DNA from: Candidatus Omnitrophota bacterium
Lineage (GTDB): Bacteria > Omnitrophota > Omnitrophia > Omnitrophales > Aquincolibacteriaceae
Direction: 5' to 3'
Length of the DNA: 64,000 bases
NCBI GenBank assembly: GCA_035352955.1
Contig: DAOPYQ010000002.1
Coordinates: forward strand, 70,737 to 134,736
The notes beneath the pieces were generated by a model. The model was not told the DNA's origin, ran no database searches, and saw only the letters and a program-made list of their open reading frames with translations. The number at the start of each line of letters is the position of its first letter. Position 1 is the first letter of the stretch. The translations under genes were made by a program, and so were the position numbers. Below, piece by piece: positions 17,901 through 31,904 of the stretch.

Positions 17901-17927
17901 TTGGCACTCAGAAACTTGGAGTGCTAA
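17901..17927 (+). promoter_or_regulatory. CIRCE element (HrcA operator): TTGGCACTC-N9-GAGTGCTAA
   Basis: 9-bp inverted repeat with a 9-nt spacer, one mismatch to the consensus TTAGCACTC-N9-GAGTGCTAA, located between the promoter and groEL-1. Confidence 0.7.
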
Positions 17928-17984
17928 CCCCCGAAGCACCTCAAGGGATTTAATCAACGGGCTGTCGTTCCGCCCTATTCATAA

Positions 17985-19655
<1,671 letters not shown>

Positions 19656-19720
19656 TCCCGCCGCATTACGGCGGGATCGAGTTGAACAGGTAAAACCAAA
19701 ATCATAAAGGAGACACTAAA

Positions 19721-20017
19721 ATGAAAGTCAGACCGTTAGCAGACAGAGTCCTCGTGGAAGTGCTCGAAGCGGAATCCAAAACCAAGGGCGGCATCATCCT
19801 CCCGGATACGGCGAAAGAAGAAAAGACCGAAGGGAAGGTCATTGCGATCGGTGCGGGCAAGACCCTCGAGTCCGGCAAAGTCCAGGCCATCGAGGTTAAA
19901 AAGGGTGAACGCGTGCTGTTCGGAAAATATTCCGGCGACGATATCATGATCGACGGCGTGAAACACAAGATCCTCAAAGAAAGCGAAATTCTGGCGGTTT
20001 ACGAAACCGAAAAATAA
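19721..20017 (+). CDS. groS: Co-chaperonin GroES
   Basis: MKVRPLADRVLVE...GGIILPDTAKEK...GKVIAIG: canonical GroES; SD AAAGGAG upstream. Confidence 0.95.
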   Translation: MKVRPLADRVLVEVLEAESKTKGGIILPDTAKEEKTEGKVIAIGAGKTLESGKVQAIEVKKGERVLFGKYSGDDIMIDGVKHKILKESEILAVYETEK

Positions 20018-20092
20018 AATCCGGAAACGGCTATCGAAATCCGAAACCGTCATTTTAAAGTTGTCTCGGATTTCTAACTCAAGGAGTTCATT

Positions 20093-21721
<1,629 letters not shown>

Positions 21722-21760
21722 AGCTTAAAAATCAAAAAGCAAAGCGCAAAATTTTGGATC

Positions 21761-21785
21761 GCCGCGAAGCGGCCTTTTAATTTTG
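21761..21785 (+). terminator. Rho-independent terminator (GCCGC-GAA-GCGGC + U-rich tract)
   Basis: Short GC stem followed by CTTTTAATTTTG, 40 nt after the groEL-2 stop. Confidence 0.4.
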
Positions 21786-21816
21786 ATCTTTAGCTTTTGA
21801 AGTTTGCATTTAAATC

Positions 21817-21856
21817 AAAAAGGCCGGCTTCCTTTCCAGGAAGCCGGCCTTTTTGA
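21817..21856. terminator. Strong bidirectional rho-independent terminator
   Basis: AAAAAGGCCGGCTTCC-TTTCCA-GGAAGCCGGCCTTTTT: perfect 12-bp stem flanked by A and T runs, between convergent groEL-2 (+) and the anti-sigma gene (-). Confidence 0.65.
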
Positions 21857-21867
21857 TTGCCGTCCCG

Positions 21868-23931
21868 TTAACTTTTGAACGCAATCCCCTGCACGGCTGA
21901 TTCGTCCAGGGCCTTGGCCTTCTCGACCAGACCCATCAGCTCCTGCCGGTAACTGTCCTTGTCCTCGGACTTGAGCCCCTTCAGCGTGTCCAGCACCTGC
22001 TGGTACGAAGCCTTATCCTTGAACTGGGACTTCCGGAGCAATAAACCGAACTCCGCCACCGCGCTCGCCTGCAGAAAATTTTCCGTGGATTGCACGGCCA
22101 CAAAGGTCTGGAGCACCTGCAGCGGTTTCGTGATCAACTTGCTCTGATCGCCGTCCGGCTCCTTATAACGGAGCTTCACGGTTAAAAGCTCGCCGCTTTT
22201 CTGGACCTCGGTCTGCTGATACTTAAGAGGATCGACCGAAGCCGTTTCTTCCTTGGATCCCGCCGGCACGATCTCGTAAAGTGCCGTCACGGTGTGGCCG
22301 GCGCCGAGCTCGCCCGCGTCTTTCTTGTCGTTGTTGAAATCCTCGTTCGCCAGCGCGCGTTTCTCATAACCGACCAACCGGTATGACTTCACCTGTGCCG
22401 GATTGAACTCGACCTGGATCTTCACGTCCTTGGCGATCACAAAAAGCGTCGAGCCGAGCTCCTTCACAAGCACCTTCTGCGCTTCCATCAGGGAATCGAT
22501 GTAAAAGTAGTTGCCGTTCCCCTTGTCGGCGATCTGCTGCATCTTGGAATCCTTGATGTTCCCTTCGCCAAAGCCGAGGACCGTCAGGAAGATCCCCTGA
22601 TCGCGCTTCGCTTCAATAAGCCGGACCATCTCGGCATCACTCGAAGCCCCGACGTTGAAATCCCCGTCCGTCGCCAGGATCACGCGGTTGTTCCCGCCTT
22701 TGATGAAATTTTCCATAGCGACCTGGTAGGCGAGCTGGATCCCCTGCCCGCCCGCCGTCGAACCCCCTGCCTGAAGATTCTCGATCGCCTGGAGGATCTT
22801 GCTCTTTTCGGACCCCGGCGTAGACGCTAGCACCAGCCCCGCGTTCCCGGCATAGGTCACGATCGCGACTTTCTCTTTTCCGCTCAGTTGATTCGTCAGC
22901 TTCGTGAACGCCTTTTGCAGGAGCGGCAGTTTGTTCGGGTCCTGCATGGATCCCGAGACATCGATCAGGAACACCAGATTGCTCGGCGGAAGGGTCGCGG
23001 TATCGAGTTCCTTCCCCTTGAGACCGATTAACACGGTCTGGTGTGCCGGGTTCCAGAGGCACGGACCGGTCTCGGTCGTAATGGAGAACGGTTCGTTGCC
23101 GTCCGGCTTCGGGTAATCGTAGTGAAAATAATTGATCATTTCCTCGAGGCGGAGCGCATCCTGGGGCGGCATTTGCCCCTCGTTCAGGAATCGCCGGAGA
23201 TTGCTGTAGGAAGCGGTATCCACATCGATCGAGAACGTGGAAAGCGGGTCGCTTATGACATTCTTGAACGACGATTCCTCAACCTTATTGTAGCCTTCAG
23301 TATTCCCAGGCTGCGTCGGAATATATCGCTGGTCCCAGGTCATTCCGCCTGGCGCTAGCCTAGAAGCCGCGGGAGCCGCGGTGCGAAACATTTCCTTGGC
23401 CCGCAATTCCGATCTTTCGGCATATCCGGAAACGACGTTCTTTGACCCCACCGATAAACTGTCCGCACTCCTCTCGGCAAGCATCGCCGTATCCGCCACG
23501 ATCGGCTGCGATCTTTCAGCGGCCTTTTGGGGTCCGGCCACCGCTTGGGCCGTTTGCTGTTTTTGAAGCAAGATTTCCTTTTCTCGCTGTTCCTTTTGCA
23601 TGACCTCCGGGAAATGCACGACAACCACCACCGCAAGCGCCGCGGCCACCAGCCCTCCCGCAAGCCTGACGTTGAAATGACTGAACAGATTTTTCATCGA
23701 AAAACCCTCCCTTTCACTTAGATTTTGAAGCCGTTGGCGAAAGTCCGGTGAAAGGTCTTCCGCCTCCCAATGTTTCAATGAAGAAGTTAGTTTCCTGAGC
23801 TCTGCGGCATAACGCGCATAAACCGCGTTCTCCCGGACGCTCCGCTCCGCGAGCTCCGTTTCTTCCGGCGTCGCTTCTCCGTCCACCCATGCCGAGATCG
23901 CCTGTTTGATAAGTTCTTCCTGATGACTCAT
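21868..23931 (-). CDS. Anti-sigma factor (N-terminal) fused to a periplasmic von Willebrand factor A domain (YfbK-like vWA)
   Basis: N-terminal anti-sigma-like region, a TM segment (LAGGLVAAALAVVVVV), then a vWA domain with the MIDAS motif (LIDVSGSM...GGST...TDGDFN) and a long C-terminal extension. Start overlaps the upstream ECF sigma gene stop. Confidence 0.7.
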   Translation of the reverse strand: MSHQEELIKQAISAWVDGEATPEETELAERSVRENAVYARYAAELRKLTSSLKHWEAEDLSPDFRQRLQNLSEREGFSMKNLFSHFNVRLAGGLVAAALAVVVVVHFPEVMQKEQREKEILLQKQQTAQAVAGPQKAAERSQPIVADTAMLAERSADSLSVGSKNVVSGYAERSELRAKEMFRTAAPAASRLAPGGMTWDQRYIPTQPGNTEGYNKVEESSFKNVISDPLSTFSIDVDTASYSNLRRFLNEGQMPPQDALRLEEMINYFHYDYPKPDGNEPFSITTETGPCLWNPAHQTVLIGLKGKELDTATLPPSNLVFLIDVSGSMQDPNKLPLLQKAFTKLTNQLSGKEKVAIVTYAGNAGLVLASTPGSEKSKILQAIENLQAGGSTAGGQGIQLAYQVAMENFIKGGNNRVILATDGDFNVGASSDAEMVRLIEAKRDQGIFLTVLGFGEGNIKDSKMQQIADKGNGNYFYIDSLMEAQKVLVKELGSTLFVIAKDVKIQVEFNPAQVKSYRLVGYEKRALANEDFNNDKKDAGELGAGHTVTALYEIVPAGSKEETASVDPLKYQQTEVQKSGELLTVKLRYKEPDGDQSKLITKPLQVLQTFVAVQSTENFLQASAVAEFGLLLRKSQFKDKASYQQVLDTLKGLKSEDKDSYRQELMGLVEKAKALDESAVQGIAFKS

Positions 23932-24512
23932 GACTGCACCTCCTTGAACAGAAAACCAAGGGATTTTCTTAACTGCTCCCTCGCCCGAAAAATCAGGACT
24001 TTGACATTGGATAAGGATTGCCCCGTGATACGGGCGATTTCGTCATAAGAAAGGTCGTGATATTCCCGTAGGATCAGAACTTCCTTTTGTGGGACGGGGA
24101 GGTTTTTGACCGCGTTCCGGATATGATGGCCGATCTCTTTTTGGTGAAGCTCGTTCCCGGCCGTTGCGGGGTCCGGGATGTCCCACTCCATTTCGTTCTC
24201 CCCGGCCCCTCTCGAAAACGACAGCGAAAAAATGTTCCTGACCGCGCGAAGTTTTGAAAGGCAGGCATTTCGGGCAACTGTATAAAGCCACGTGGAAAAT
24301 TTCGCATCTCGAAACGAGTAGGCGCTTTTTTTCAGCAGGCTCAGAAAAACATCGGCGGTCGCGTCTTCAGCATCCGCACGCCCACCTAAAAACCGGAGCG
24401 CGAAATTGAAGATCTTCTTCTGATACCGTCTGAAGATCTCGCCCATGGCCTCCTCCTCTCCTTCCTGATACGCCCGCATCAGCTCTTCATCACTTTTTTC
24501 CATCGTATCCAT
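23928..24512 (-). CDS. ECF (group IV) RNA polymerase sigma factor
   Basis: Sigma-70 regions 2 and 4 (FRRYQKKIFNFALRFLG...ADDATADVF...FSTWLYTVARN...LSYDEIARITGQSLSNVKVLIFRAREQL). Confidence 0.85.
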   Translation of the reverse strand: MDTMEKSDEELMRAYQEGEEEAMGEIFRRYQKKIFNFALRFLGGRADAEDATADVFLSLLKKSAYSFRDAKFSTWLYTVARNACLSKLRAVRNIFSLSFSRGAGENEMEWDIPDPATAGNELHQKEIGHHIRNAVKNLPVPQKEVLILREYHDLSYDEIARITGQSLSNVKVLIFRAREQLRKSLGFLFKEVQS

Positions 24513-24529
24513 GGCTCCTTTTCTTACAT

Positions 24530-24562
24530 CTATTAAACGCGACCGGAGGTCAAAAGTTACAA
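24530..24562 (-). promoter_or_regulatory. Putative ECF-type autoregulatory promoter (GTAACTT-N16-CGTTTAA)
   Basis: Minus-strand motif with an AAC -35 core and a CGT -10 core at ECF-typical spacing, ~40 nt upstream of the sigma factor ATG. Confidence 0.3.
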
Positions 24563-24704
24563 AAAAATATGGTTTTTCTAACTCTATAAGTGACGGCAGG
24601 TTACGGAAATTCTGCAGGAAGCGGATCAGAAAAAGCGCCAGACACCCTTTCCCGGCAACTCATAAAAAAAGGGACCGGCAGTCACTTCATGCCTGTCCTT
24701 GTTT

Positions 24705-25922
24705 TTATTGCAGGATACCGGTCTGGCAGACCTTGGCGTATTGAAGAGCGCTTTCGCGTACGGTGCGCTTGCAGGTAGTGTAATCGATGTCGATCAGGCC
24801 AAACCTCGGGCCAAATCCCTTGTCCCATTCGAAGTTATCGAGAAGCGACCAGTACAGATATCCCGTAACCGGAACGCCCTGCCCGATAGCTTTGTGGACG
24901 CTCTCAAGATGGGACCGGATAAAATCCCAGCGGACGCTATCGACCGGCGTGCAGATCCCGTTCTCCGTAACCATCACCGGCAACCGGTATTTCTTGAGTT
25001 TCATAAGGAGCTGGAAAAGCCCTTCCGGATAAATGTCCCAGCCCAAAGCATTCTTTGGGACCGGATGGTGATTGTTTTCGCAAACGTCCGCGATAAGATT
25101 CCGCAGCCCCCACGTTTTGACGTCGACAAGCTGGCGCGAATAATAATTAACCCCGATAAAATCCAGCGTTCCCCGTCGCGCGAGAGCGTCGAGATACCTT
25201 TCATTGAAAAGCTTATGACGCAAATACACGCCGATCCTGTTTTTGAGCGACTGCGTGCACGGCACGATCGCCATCATGTGCTGCGAAATACTAACAGCGG
25301 GCTTCGGCAGCTGCGTTTCTTTATAGATCCTGTGAATGAGGCGGTAGGCCTTCACGTGGGCCGACAGCATGTGCCGCTCGACGCGCAGCATCCGTCGGAG
25401 CGACTTGGCCTGCGGCGGCCATACCCCGAAAAGATACGCGTGAGAAACATAGATCGTGGGTTCGTTGATCGTGATCCAGAAATGGATGTGTTTTGCGAGA
25501 GCGCGAACCGTGCGTTCGCAATAACGTTCAAAAAGGCGGACGGCTCCGGCGCTTTCCCATCCGCCGGCACGCGCGAACCATGCGGGATTCGTAAAATGGT
25601 GGAGCGTCACAACGGGTTCGATCCCACAATCTCGAAGCGCCCGTAAAACATCGGCATAATGCCTCAGCGCTTCTTCGGAGAACTGGCCTTCCTCGGGTTC
25701 CACGCGGGCCCACTCGATCGAAAGCCGGTGCGCATTATGATGGAGGTTTTTGGCGAGATCGAAATCCTGGCGGAACAGCTCGTAGTGGCGGCAGGCCTGG
25801 CCGGAATTTTCCTTGCCGGCGGCCTTTTCCCATTCCCACCAGTCGGAACAGACATTGTCCCCCTCCACCTGGTAGGCCGCCGTCGCGGCACCCCAAAGAA
25901 AACCCTCCGGAAATTTCATCAT
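24705..25922 (-). CDS. Glycoside hydrolase family 1 (beta-glucosidase-like)
   Basis: The true start is probably the MMKFPEGFLWG ATG at 25920-25922. GH1 hallmarks: FLWGAATAAYQVEG, TLHHF, ITENG, NEP. Confidence 0.8.
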   Translation of the reverse strand: MMKFPEGFLWGAATAAYQVEGDNVCSDWWEWEKAAGKENSGQACRHYELFRQDFDLAKNLHHNAHRLSIEWARVEPEEGQFSEEALRHYADVLRALRDCGIEPVVTLHHFTNPAWFARAGGWESAGAVRLFERYCERTVRALAKHIHFWITINEPTIYVSHAYLFGVWPPQAKSLRRMLRVERHMLSAHVKAYRLIHRIYKETQLPKPAVSISQHMMAIVPCTQSLKNRIGVYLRHKLFNERYLDALARRGTLDFIGVNYYSRQLVDVKTWGLRNLIADVCENNHHPVPKNALGWDIYPEGLFQLLMKLKKYRLPVMVTENGICTPVDSVRWDFIRSHLESVHKAIGQGVPVTGYLYWSLLDNFEWDKGFGPRFGLIDIDYTTCKRTVRESALQYAKVCQTGILQ

Positions 25923-26025
25923 GCGAAAATTGTACCACAGAGAACGCGGAGACAACAAACCCCACCCGGACCTCTTGAGCTTCGACGCACTTGTCTTATA
26001 GAACAGGAACAGTTAGATTACCCGC

Positions 26026-27312
26026 ATGCATTCCTTGTTCAAACAGATCCACAAGACTTACCGGATGGCGGGCCACCACGAACGCAGCATCGTATTACAC
26101 AATTTTGCTTCGCTCTCGGTCCTGCAAGCGATCACCTACATCCTTCCGATCATCATCCTGCCGTACCTGTTCCGGACGCTCGGACCGGCGAAATTCGGAC
26201 TGATCGCGTTCGCGCAGGCTTTCATCCAGTACTTTATGATCCTGACAGATTACGGATTCAGCATTTCGGCAACCAAGGAGATCTCCCTTTACCAGCACCA
26301 CCAGGCGAAGGTCAGCGAGATCTTTTCGTCGGTCATGATCGCGAAGGTCTTTCTCGCCATGATCAGTTTTTTGATCATCGCGAGCATGGTCTACTTCCTT
26401 CCCCGATTCCGTCAGGACTGGGAGGTCTATGCGCTGAGCTTCGGCGCCGTCATCGGGAATAGCCTTTTCCCCGTCTGGCTTTTCCAGGGAACGGAAAAAA
26501 TGAAGCACATCGCCGATATCAATATCCTCGGCGGGATCATTTTCGCGATCTCGATCTTCTTCTCGGTGAAAGGGCCCGGGGATTACCTGATGGTCCCGCT
26601 GATCAACTCCGTCGTGATCATGATTACGGGGCTGCTCGGCCAATTTATCGCGTTCCGGACGCTGGGCGTTTCCTTCCGGTTCCCCGGGCATAAAACCATG
26701 CGCCAGCAACTGCGGGCGGGATGGGACGTCTTCATCTCGAACGTAGCGATCAACGCCTACACCACGACCCGCATTTTCGCAATCGGCCTTCTGACGAACA
26801 ATACCATCACGGGATTTTATTCGATCGCCGAAAAGATCGCGTCCGTCTGCCAAACGTTCCCGCTGGCCTCGTTCTCCCAGGCGCTCTTCCCGCGGCTGAG
26901 CAAGATCTATCACCGGAGTAAACGCCGCGCTTTCCAGTTCATGGAAAAGATCCAGCTGATCACGATCAATATCTCCCTGATCTGTCTCCCGCTCATTTTT
27001 TTCTTCGCAAGGGATATCATCCGCCTCGTTTGCGGTAAAGATTACCCGATCGCAGCAACTTCCCTGCGGCTTTTGCTGATCTCGGTCCTCTTCATCAGTT
27101 CGAACGCCTTCCGGGTCCAATTCCTGCTCGTCTCCGGAAAAACCCATATCTATTCGAGGATCCACGTTGTCATGGCCATGTTCGGCCTGCCCCTGATCTT
27201 CCTGATGATCTCCTCGCTGTCCTACATAGGCGCGGCGATCGCAACGATCCTCATTGAAGCCGGCATTTTTACCGTCACTTATTTCACCGTCAAACGTGTG
27301 AGGTTTTCCTGA
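26026..27312 (+). CDS. Polysaccharide flippase (Wzx/MOP superfamily)
   Basis: 428 aa, 12-14 predicted TM helices, overall similarity to oligosaccharide flippase/PST family. Confidence 0.7.
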   Translation: MHSLFKQIHKTYRMAGHHERSIVLHNFASLSVLQAITYILPIIILPYLFRTLGPAKFGLIAFAQAFIQYFMILTDYGFSISATKEISLYQHHQAKVSEIFSSVMIAKVFLAMISFLIIASMVYFLPRFRQDWEVYALSFGAVIGNSLFPVWLFQGTEKMKHIADINILGGIIFAISIFFSVKGPGDYLMVPLINSVVIMITGLLGQFIAFRTLGVSFRFPGHKTMRQQLRAGWDVFISNVAINAYTTTRIFAIGLLTNNTITGFYSIAEKIASVCQTFPLASFSQALFPRLSKIYHRSKRRAFQFMEKIQLITINISLICLPLIFFFARDIIRLVCGKDYPIAATSLRLLLISVLFISSNAFRVQFLLVSGKTHIYSRIHVVMAMFGLPLIFLMISSLSYIGAAIATILIEAGIFTVTYFTVKRVRFS

Positions 27313-27313
27313 C

Positions 27314-29152
27314 ATGAGAGCGCTTCCAATCCTTATTACCGTCCTCTGCATCTTTGTAATCGCCTACCGCTACTACAGCGCGTTCCTCGCCAGCAAAGTA
27401 TTGGCCCTCAACGGTTCGACGCTCACGCCCGCCCACCGCCTTCGTGACGGACAGAATTATGTCCCAATGTCAAAGTGGGTGCTTTTCGGCCACCATTTCG
27501 CTGCGATCGCGGGCGCGGGCCCTCTGGTCGGTCCGGTACTTGCGGCGCAGTTCGGTTTCATGCCGGGCCTTCTCTGGATGGTGATCGGTGTTGTGCTCGG
27601 CGGTGCCGTCCACGATTTCGTGATCCTTGTCATGTCGGTCCGGCAGAATGGGGAATCCCTTGCCGAGGTCACGCAGGCCGAGCTCGGGAAAACGGCCGGC
27701 ACAGCCTGCGCCATATCGATCCTTTTCATCATTCTTGTCGCGCTTGCCGGACTCGGTTTTGTCGTGGTGAACGCGCTCGCCGAAAGCTCCTGGGGAACGT
27801 TCACGATCGCGGCCTCGATCCCGATCGCGATCCTGATGGGACTTTATATCTTCGCGTGGAACAAAGGCTCGCATCAGGCGGTACAGATCGCAACCGTCGT
27901 AGGCGTCGTAACGCTCATGGCGGCGGTCATCTTCGGCAAATGGATCCCCGAGATCCCCGCCCTGAACCAGATCTTTCTGCTCGACCGGAAAAGTATCATT
28001 ATCGCCATGGCGATCTACGGTTTCGCGGCCTCGGTGCTCCCGGTATGGCTACTCCTCGCCCCGCGTGATTACCTGAGTTCTTATATGAAGATCGGCACCA
28101 TCCTGTTTCTGATCGGCGGCATCGCGGTCGTCAATCCGCGAATCGAGTTCCCCGCTTTCACAGCCTTCGTGAACGGCGGCGGCCCGATCGTCCCGGGAAG
28201 CGCGTGGCCTTTTTGTTGCATCACGATCATGTGCGGCGCGATCTCGGGATTCCACGCCCTCGTGTCATCCGGGACAACTCCCAAAATGATCGCCAACGAA
28301 CTCCATACGCGGGCGATCGGCTACGGCGCCATGCTGACCGAAGCCGTTGTCAGCATCGTCTGCCTGATCGCGGCCTGCAACCTTCATCCTGCGGATTATT
28401 ACGCGATCAACGTTTCCCCCGAAGTGTTCAAGACGCTCGGCATGACCCCCGTTTCGCTTGGAGATCTAACGCGCCTGATCGGAGAACAAAATCTCGCGGG
28501 ACGAACGGGCGGCGCGGTGTCCCTCGCGGTGGGCATGGCACAGATCTTCGGCGCGATCCCGGGCCTCGCGGGGCTCATGAAATATCTCTATCACTTTATC
28601 ATTATGTTCGAGGCGCTTTTTATTCTGACCACGGTTGATGCGGGGACAAGGATTGCGCGATTCATCCTGCAGGAACTTATGGGAGGCACCCACAAACGAT
28701 TCAAACGCACCGATTGGCTTCCGGGAAACCTTCTGGCAAGCCTGCTCGTCGTGCTGGCTTGGGGATTTTTGATATGGAACGCGAGCATTAATACGATCTG
28801 GCCGATGTTCGGGATCGCGAACCAGCTGCTGGCGTCAATTGCGCTCGCCGTCGCCACGATCGCTCTCATCTCATCCGGAAAAGCCCGCTATGCGTGGACC
28901 ACGGCCATCCCGATGGTTTTCGTAACGGTGACGACTCTGACCGCAGCCTATCAGATGATCACCCGACATTACTGGCCGAAGACCGCGACGCCTTTCATGG
29001 TGAATTTTAATATCACGCTGATCGTGATCATGACCCTTTGTGCATTCGTTGTCTTCGCCTCAGCGGTCCGGAAACTCCTGACCCGCACGCCCCTACCGCC
29101 GACGGACGGAACCACCCCCTATCCTCCACAAGCCCCCGACCTCAGCGATTAA
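27314..29152 (+). CDS. cstA: Carbon starvation protein A (peptide/pyruvate transporter)
   Basis: [25 protein letters not shown]...[34 protein letters not shown]: CstA N-terminal signature. 612 aa, polytopic. Confidence 0.9.
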   Translation: MRALPILITVLCIFVIAYRYYSAFLASKVLALNGSTLTPAHRLRDGQNYVPMSKWVLFGHHFAAIAGAGPLVGPVLAAQFGFMPGLLWMVIGVVLGGAVHDFVILVMSVRQNGESLAEVTQAELGKTAGTACAISILFIILVALAGLGFVVVNALAESSWGTFTIAASIPIAILMGLYIFAWNKGSHQAVQIATVVGVVTLMAAVIFGKWIPEIPALNQIFLLDRKSIIIAMAIYGFAASVLPVWLLLAPRDYLSSYMKIGTILFLIGGIAVVNPRIEFPAFTAFVNGGGPIVPGSAWPFCCITIMCGAISGFHALVSSGTTPKMIANELHTRAIGYGAMLTEAVVSIVCLIAACNLHPADYYAINVSPEVFKTLGMTPVSLGDLTRLIGEQNLAGRTGGAVSLAVGMAQIFGAIPGLAGLMKYLYHFIIMFEALFILTTVDAGTRIARFILQELMGGTHKRFKRTDWLPGNLLASLLVVLAWGFLIWNASINTIWPMFGIANQLLASIALAVATIALISSGKARYAWTTAIPMVFVTVTTLTAAYQMITRHYWPKTATPFMVNFNITLIVIMTLCAFVVFASAVRKLLTRTPLPPTDGTTPYPPQAPDLSD

Positions 29153-29159
29153 TAAACCC

Positions 29160-30191
29160 TTACATCCCCCAACCCGCGGCATGGGTTTTCAGGTATTGCA
29201 GGAAAAGCCATGCCACATAGGCGCTGGCCCGTTGGTCCGGATGTTTGTCCGCTGCGTTCCTCATTTGCGCCCATCCCGAAGGCGCCGTAGGAAGAGTATC
29301 CAAAACATCCACGGGCAAGTCTTTAAAAAGTTCGTCGGTCCGGTCTGTCGCATCCCATCTCCAGTCGATCACCATGAAATGCGCGCCCCCCGATTCACTC
29401 ACCCGTTTCATCTCCTCGATGATCCGCTTCGTAAGTCCGACCGGTTCGGGCGGGAAAAAACGGAACATCCGCCCCACGCGCATCAAAAAGAGATCGATCA
29501 ACCGGGAACTTCTGTATTCCGTGTAAGGAACAGCCGGTTTTTCCAGAACCAGATCCTTGCCGTTCCATTTCAATAACGGCTTTGTCCCCGGAAACCGGTT
29601 GCCGCCATGCACCAGCCGCCGGTCATGGTTGCCGTTCCTCACAAGATGGTCTTCGACAAAAGTATAGACCACAAGCTTCGCATTGAACTGCGGCAGATAC
29701 CGTTTGAGGGCCAGCAAAGCCTGGTCAGAACCGTACCCCTGGACGCCAAGGTTCACGATCTGGTAGGGCATGTGCGGAATCGCGGCAATCTGCCCCACGA
29801 AATTCTCCTCATAAAACAAGGCGTGCCCCATCGTATAGGAGCACCCGATGAAAAGGATCGAGGGTTTCGCCGGATCGAGCCGGTACCCTTGAGACGGCAC
29901 CCGAATCCCGTGATCGTCGATATAAATATCCACGAACCGCGGCGGGCCGAACTGCATTTGGACGGCGAGCCCCGGGATATACGACCATCCCAGTTCCTTG
30001 TCAAAACGGGTAACTGGAATCTCACCGGGACCTTCGATGGAAGGATACGGTACCTGCAAAACGCGACAAAGAAGCTCGAGTAGAATAAAAACAACCAACA
30101 GTCCGGTAACGATCGCAACCGGGACCGCCCCCACCTTCAGGACCCTTTGCATTTTTGGCGGGATCACGACTTTCGCTCGCTTTTTTCCCAA
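29160..30191 (-). CDS. Membrane-anchored SGNH/GDSL-like hydrolase family protein
   Basis: N-terminal TM (VPVAIVTGLLVVFILL), block I-like motif IGCSYTMG, ~340 aa. Confidence 0.45.
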   Translation of the reverse strand: MGKKRAKVVIPPKMQRVLKVGAVPVAIVTGLLVVFILLELLCRVLQVPYPSIEGPGEIPVTRFDKELGWSYIPGLAVQMQFGPPRFVDIYIDDHGIRVPSQGYRLDPAKPSILFIGCSYTMGHALFYEENFVGQIAAIPHMPYQIVNLGVQGYGSDQALLALKRYLPQFNAKLVVYTFVEDHLVRNGNHDRRLVHGGNRFPGTKPLLKWNGKDLVLEKPAVPYTEYRSSRLIDLFLMRVGRMFRFFPPEPVGLTKRIIEEMKRVSESGGAHFMVIDWRWDATDRTDELFKDLPVDVLDTLPTAPSGWAQMRNAADKHPDQRASAYVAWLFLQYLKTHAAGWGM

Positions 30192-30610
30192 CTTTCCACC
30201 GGACCTCGGACGATCCTGAAAAGCGGGTGGCTGCGGATCTTATCCTGTTTTTGTGAGACAATATTCCGATATCGCGCGGAAGAACGTTTCTTCAGCTTCG
30301 CGCAAAGCCACCCGAATTCATAACTCAGCTGTCCTTCCGTGACGAGAATTTTTTTCAAGGTCCTCCCACGTCCGATCTTTTTCCGGTCAAAACAGTAACC
30401 TCTCCGACAGGATTCTTCCCATACGGAAAAAAGATAGGCCGCAATGGCCTTTCGGGGATACGGATGGGCCTTGAAACGTTCCAGCTGGGGATGGTTTCGG
30501 TAACCGCGTGTCTTGCCACGCAATACCTTCTGAGCCAGCAACGCCTCCCGCCAGAGCGCCACGAGCCCCTGCGGATCAAGATATCCGGGATGGAGGCTCC
30601 AGAGGCGCAT
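30164..30610 (-). CDS. Pyrimidine dimer DNA glycosylase / endonuclease V (T4 DenV-like)
   Basis: MRLWSLHPGYLDPQGLVALWREALLAQKVL matches the N-terminus of the Pyr_excise (T4 endoV) family. Confidence 0.75.
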   Translation of the reverse strand: MRLWSLHPGYLDPQGLVALWREALLAQKVLRGKTRGYRNHPQLERFKAHPYPRKAIAAYLFSVWEESCRRGYCFDRKKIGRGRTLKKILVTEGQLSYEFGWLCAKLKKRSSARYRNIVSQKQDKIRSHPLFRIVRGPVESWEKSERKS

Positions 30611-30616
30611 AACGCC

Positions 30617-30985
30617 TTATCTCCCGGACGTTTGCGCGTGAGAATGCGGACGCTTCCGGCGGTGCAACAGATCGCAAATGAAAAAGGCTACGACCGAAGC
30701 AACAATCAATGAAACCGTCTTGTCGAGGATCTCGACATACAGGGCCTCATTCCAAGACGCGATCCGCCGGTTGTGATCGATCCTCAAAAAAAACTCGTAG
30801 ACCGGGAGCGTTTCCGGCGCGGGACCGAAACTAAAAACCGCCCTGACCAGCTTTGTCAGGACCCCGGTCACGATCCCCGAGATCAAAATACCCGTCAGGA
30901 GCATTTTTAGAACGATCTGACCGAACAGATCTTTTTCAAGAAGCGGCAGCAGAAGGTTCTTGTTCTTCGTGAACGGATCGAACAT
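30617..30985 (-). CDS. Small two-TM membrane protein, hypothetical
   Basis: Probable start MFDPFTKNKN... (internal ATG of the listed 30617..31054 ORF). Two hydrophobic helices. Confidence 0.35.
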   Translation of the reverse strand: MFDPFTKNKNLLLPLLEKDLFGQIVLKMLLTGILISGIVTGVLTKLVRAVFSFGPAPETLPVYEFFLRIDHNRRIASWNEALYVEILDKTVSLIVASVVAFFICDLLHRRKRPHSHAQTSGR

Positions 30986-31099
30986 GGTCACGGCCTCCGA
31001 TGGGAGATAGATGATCGTTTTGGAGAGACTAAACTTTTCTCTTCTCCGACGCAAACAAAAAAGCTCCGGTCCCCCAGAGCCTATAACGATCGGGACTCG

Positions 31100-31903
31100 T
31101 CAACTCAGATTTTCGGCGCTGTAACGCGCGATAAGCCCGGTGCGTAAAGCGTGCCGGTAGACTTTCACAAAATACCCGTAGGCCAAAAAAATATACCCCA
31201 CGGCGAGACAGGCGCCCAGAACAAGCGCCCCCCCGGAAACCCCGCCGCCGGCTACGATCTTCCTGAGTCCTTCAAAGACATAAGAGGGCGGCAAAATATT
31301 CGCGATCCACTGCATCCATTGGGGTAGCATCGACACGGGGTACAGGACTCCGGCAAAAGGAGAGACCAGCGCCGGGATCGGCCAAATGAACCATTCTGAA
31401 GCCGGACCGAAGCGAAGCACCAACGCGCATCCCAGGATCCCCAGGGCGATACCAAAAAGAAACAGCACCAGCAAGAACGGGATCACCATGAGGCCGTAGA
31501 CAAAAACCGACAGATGGAACCAGAAAGTCGCGATCAAAAGCATCGCAACCAGGCCCACCACACTCGTTGCCATACTCGAAAGCACCAGCCCGCTGACATA
31601 TTCCGGGATCAGAAGCGGGGTGGCAAAAACATTGAGAAAATTGCGGGACCAGACGTCCTCGAAGAACGCCATCGTCACACCTTGCATGATCCGGATAAAA
31701 AAATCCCACAGAAGCACGGCCCCCAGAAGCGCCGGAACAAAATTAAAACCCGGCGAGGCAACGGTATTGAGATAGCGCGTCAAAAATCCCCACAGGACCA
31801 TATCAACCGCAGCCCAAGCAAAAAGCGGGACCACCCGCGCGAGACTTCCTCGGATCAGATAATACTGGCGAAGCATCACCGCGAGAATGCGCCCGAACGA
31901 CAT
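31100..31903 (-). CDS. ABC-2 type transporter permease (polysaccharide/O-antigen export type)
   Basis: Probable start MSFGRILAVMLRQYYLIRGS at 31901-31903. Six TM helices, ABC-2 family pattern. Stop adjacent to the ATPase gene. Confidence 0.8.
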   Translation of the reverse strand: MSFGRILAVMLRQYYLIRGSLARVVPLFAWAAVDMVLWGFLTRYLNTVASPGFNFVPALLGAVLLWDFFIRIMQGVTMAFFEDVWSRNFLNVFATPLLIPEYVSGLVLSSMATSVVGLVAMLLIATFWFHLSVFVYGLMVIPFLLVLFLFGIALGILGCALVLRFGPASEWFIWPIPALVSPFAGVLYPVSMLPQWMQWIANILPPSYVFEGLRKIVAGGGVSGGALVLGACLAVGYIFLAYGYFVKVYRHALRTGLIARYSAENLS

Positions 31904-31904
31904 G

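Noticed and set aside
19656-19720. Independent promoter or terminator between groEL-1 and groES
   Set aside because: The hairpin CCCGCCG-CATTAC-GGCGGG lacks a U-tract, and the candidate TTGAAC...TAAAGG hexamers are poor. Treated as a probable intra-operon stability element.
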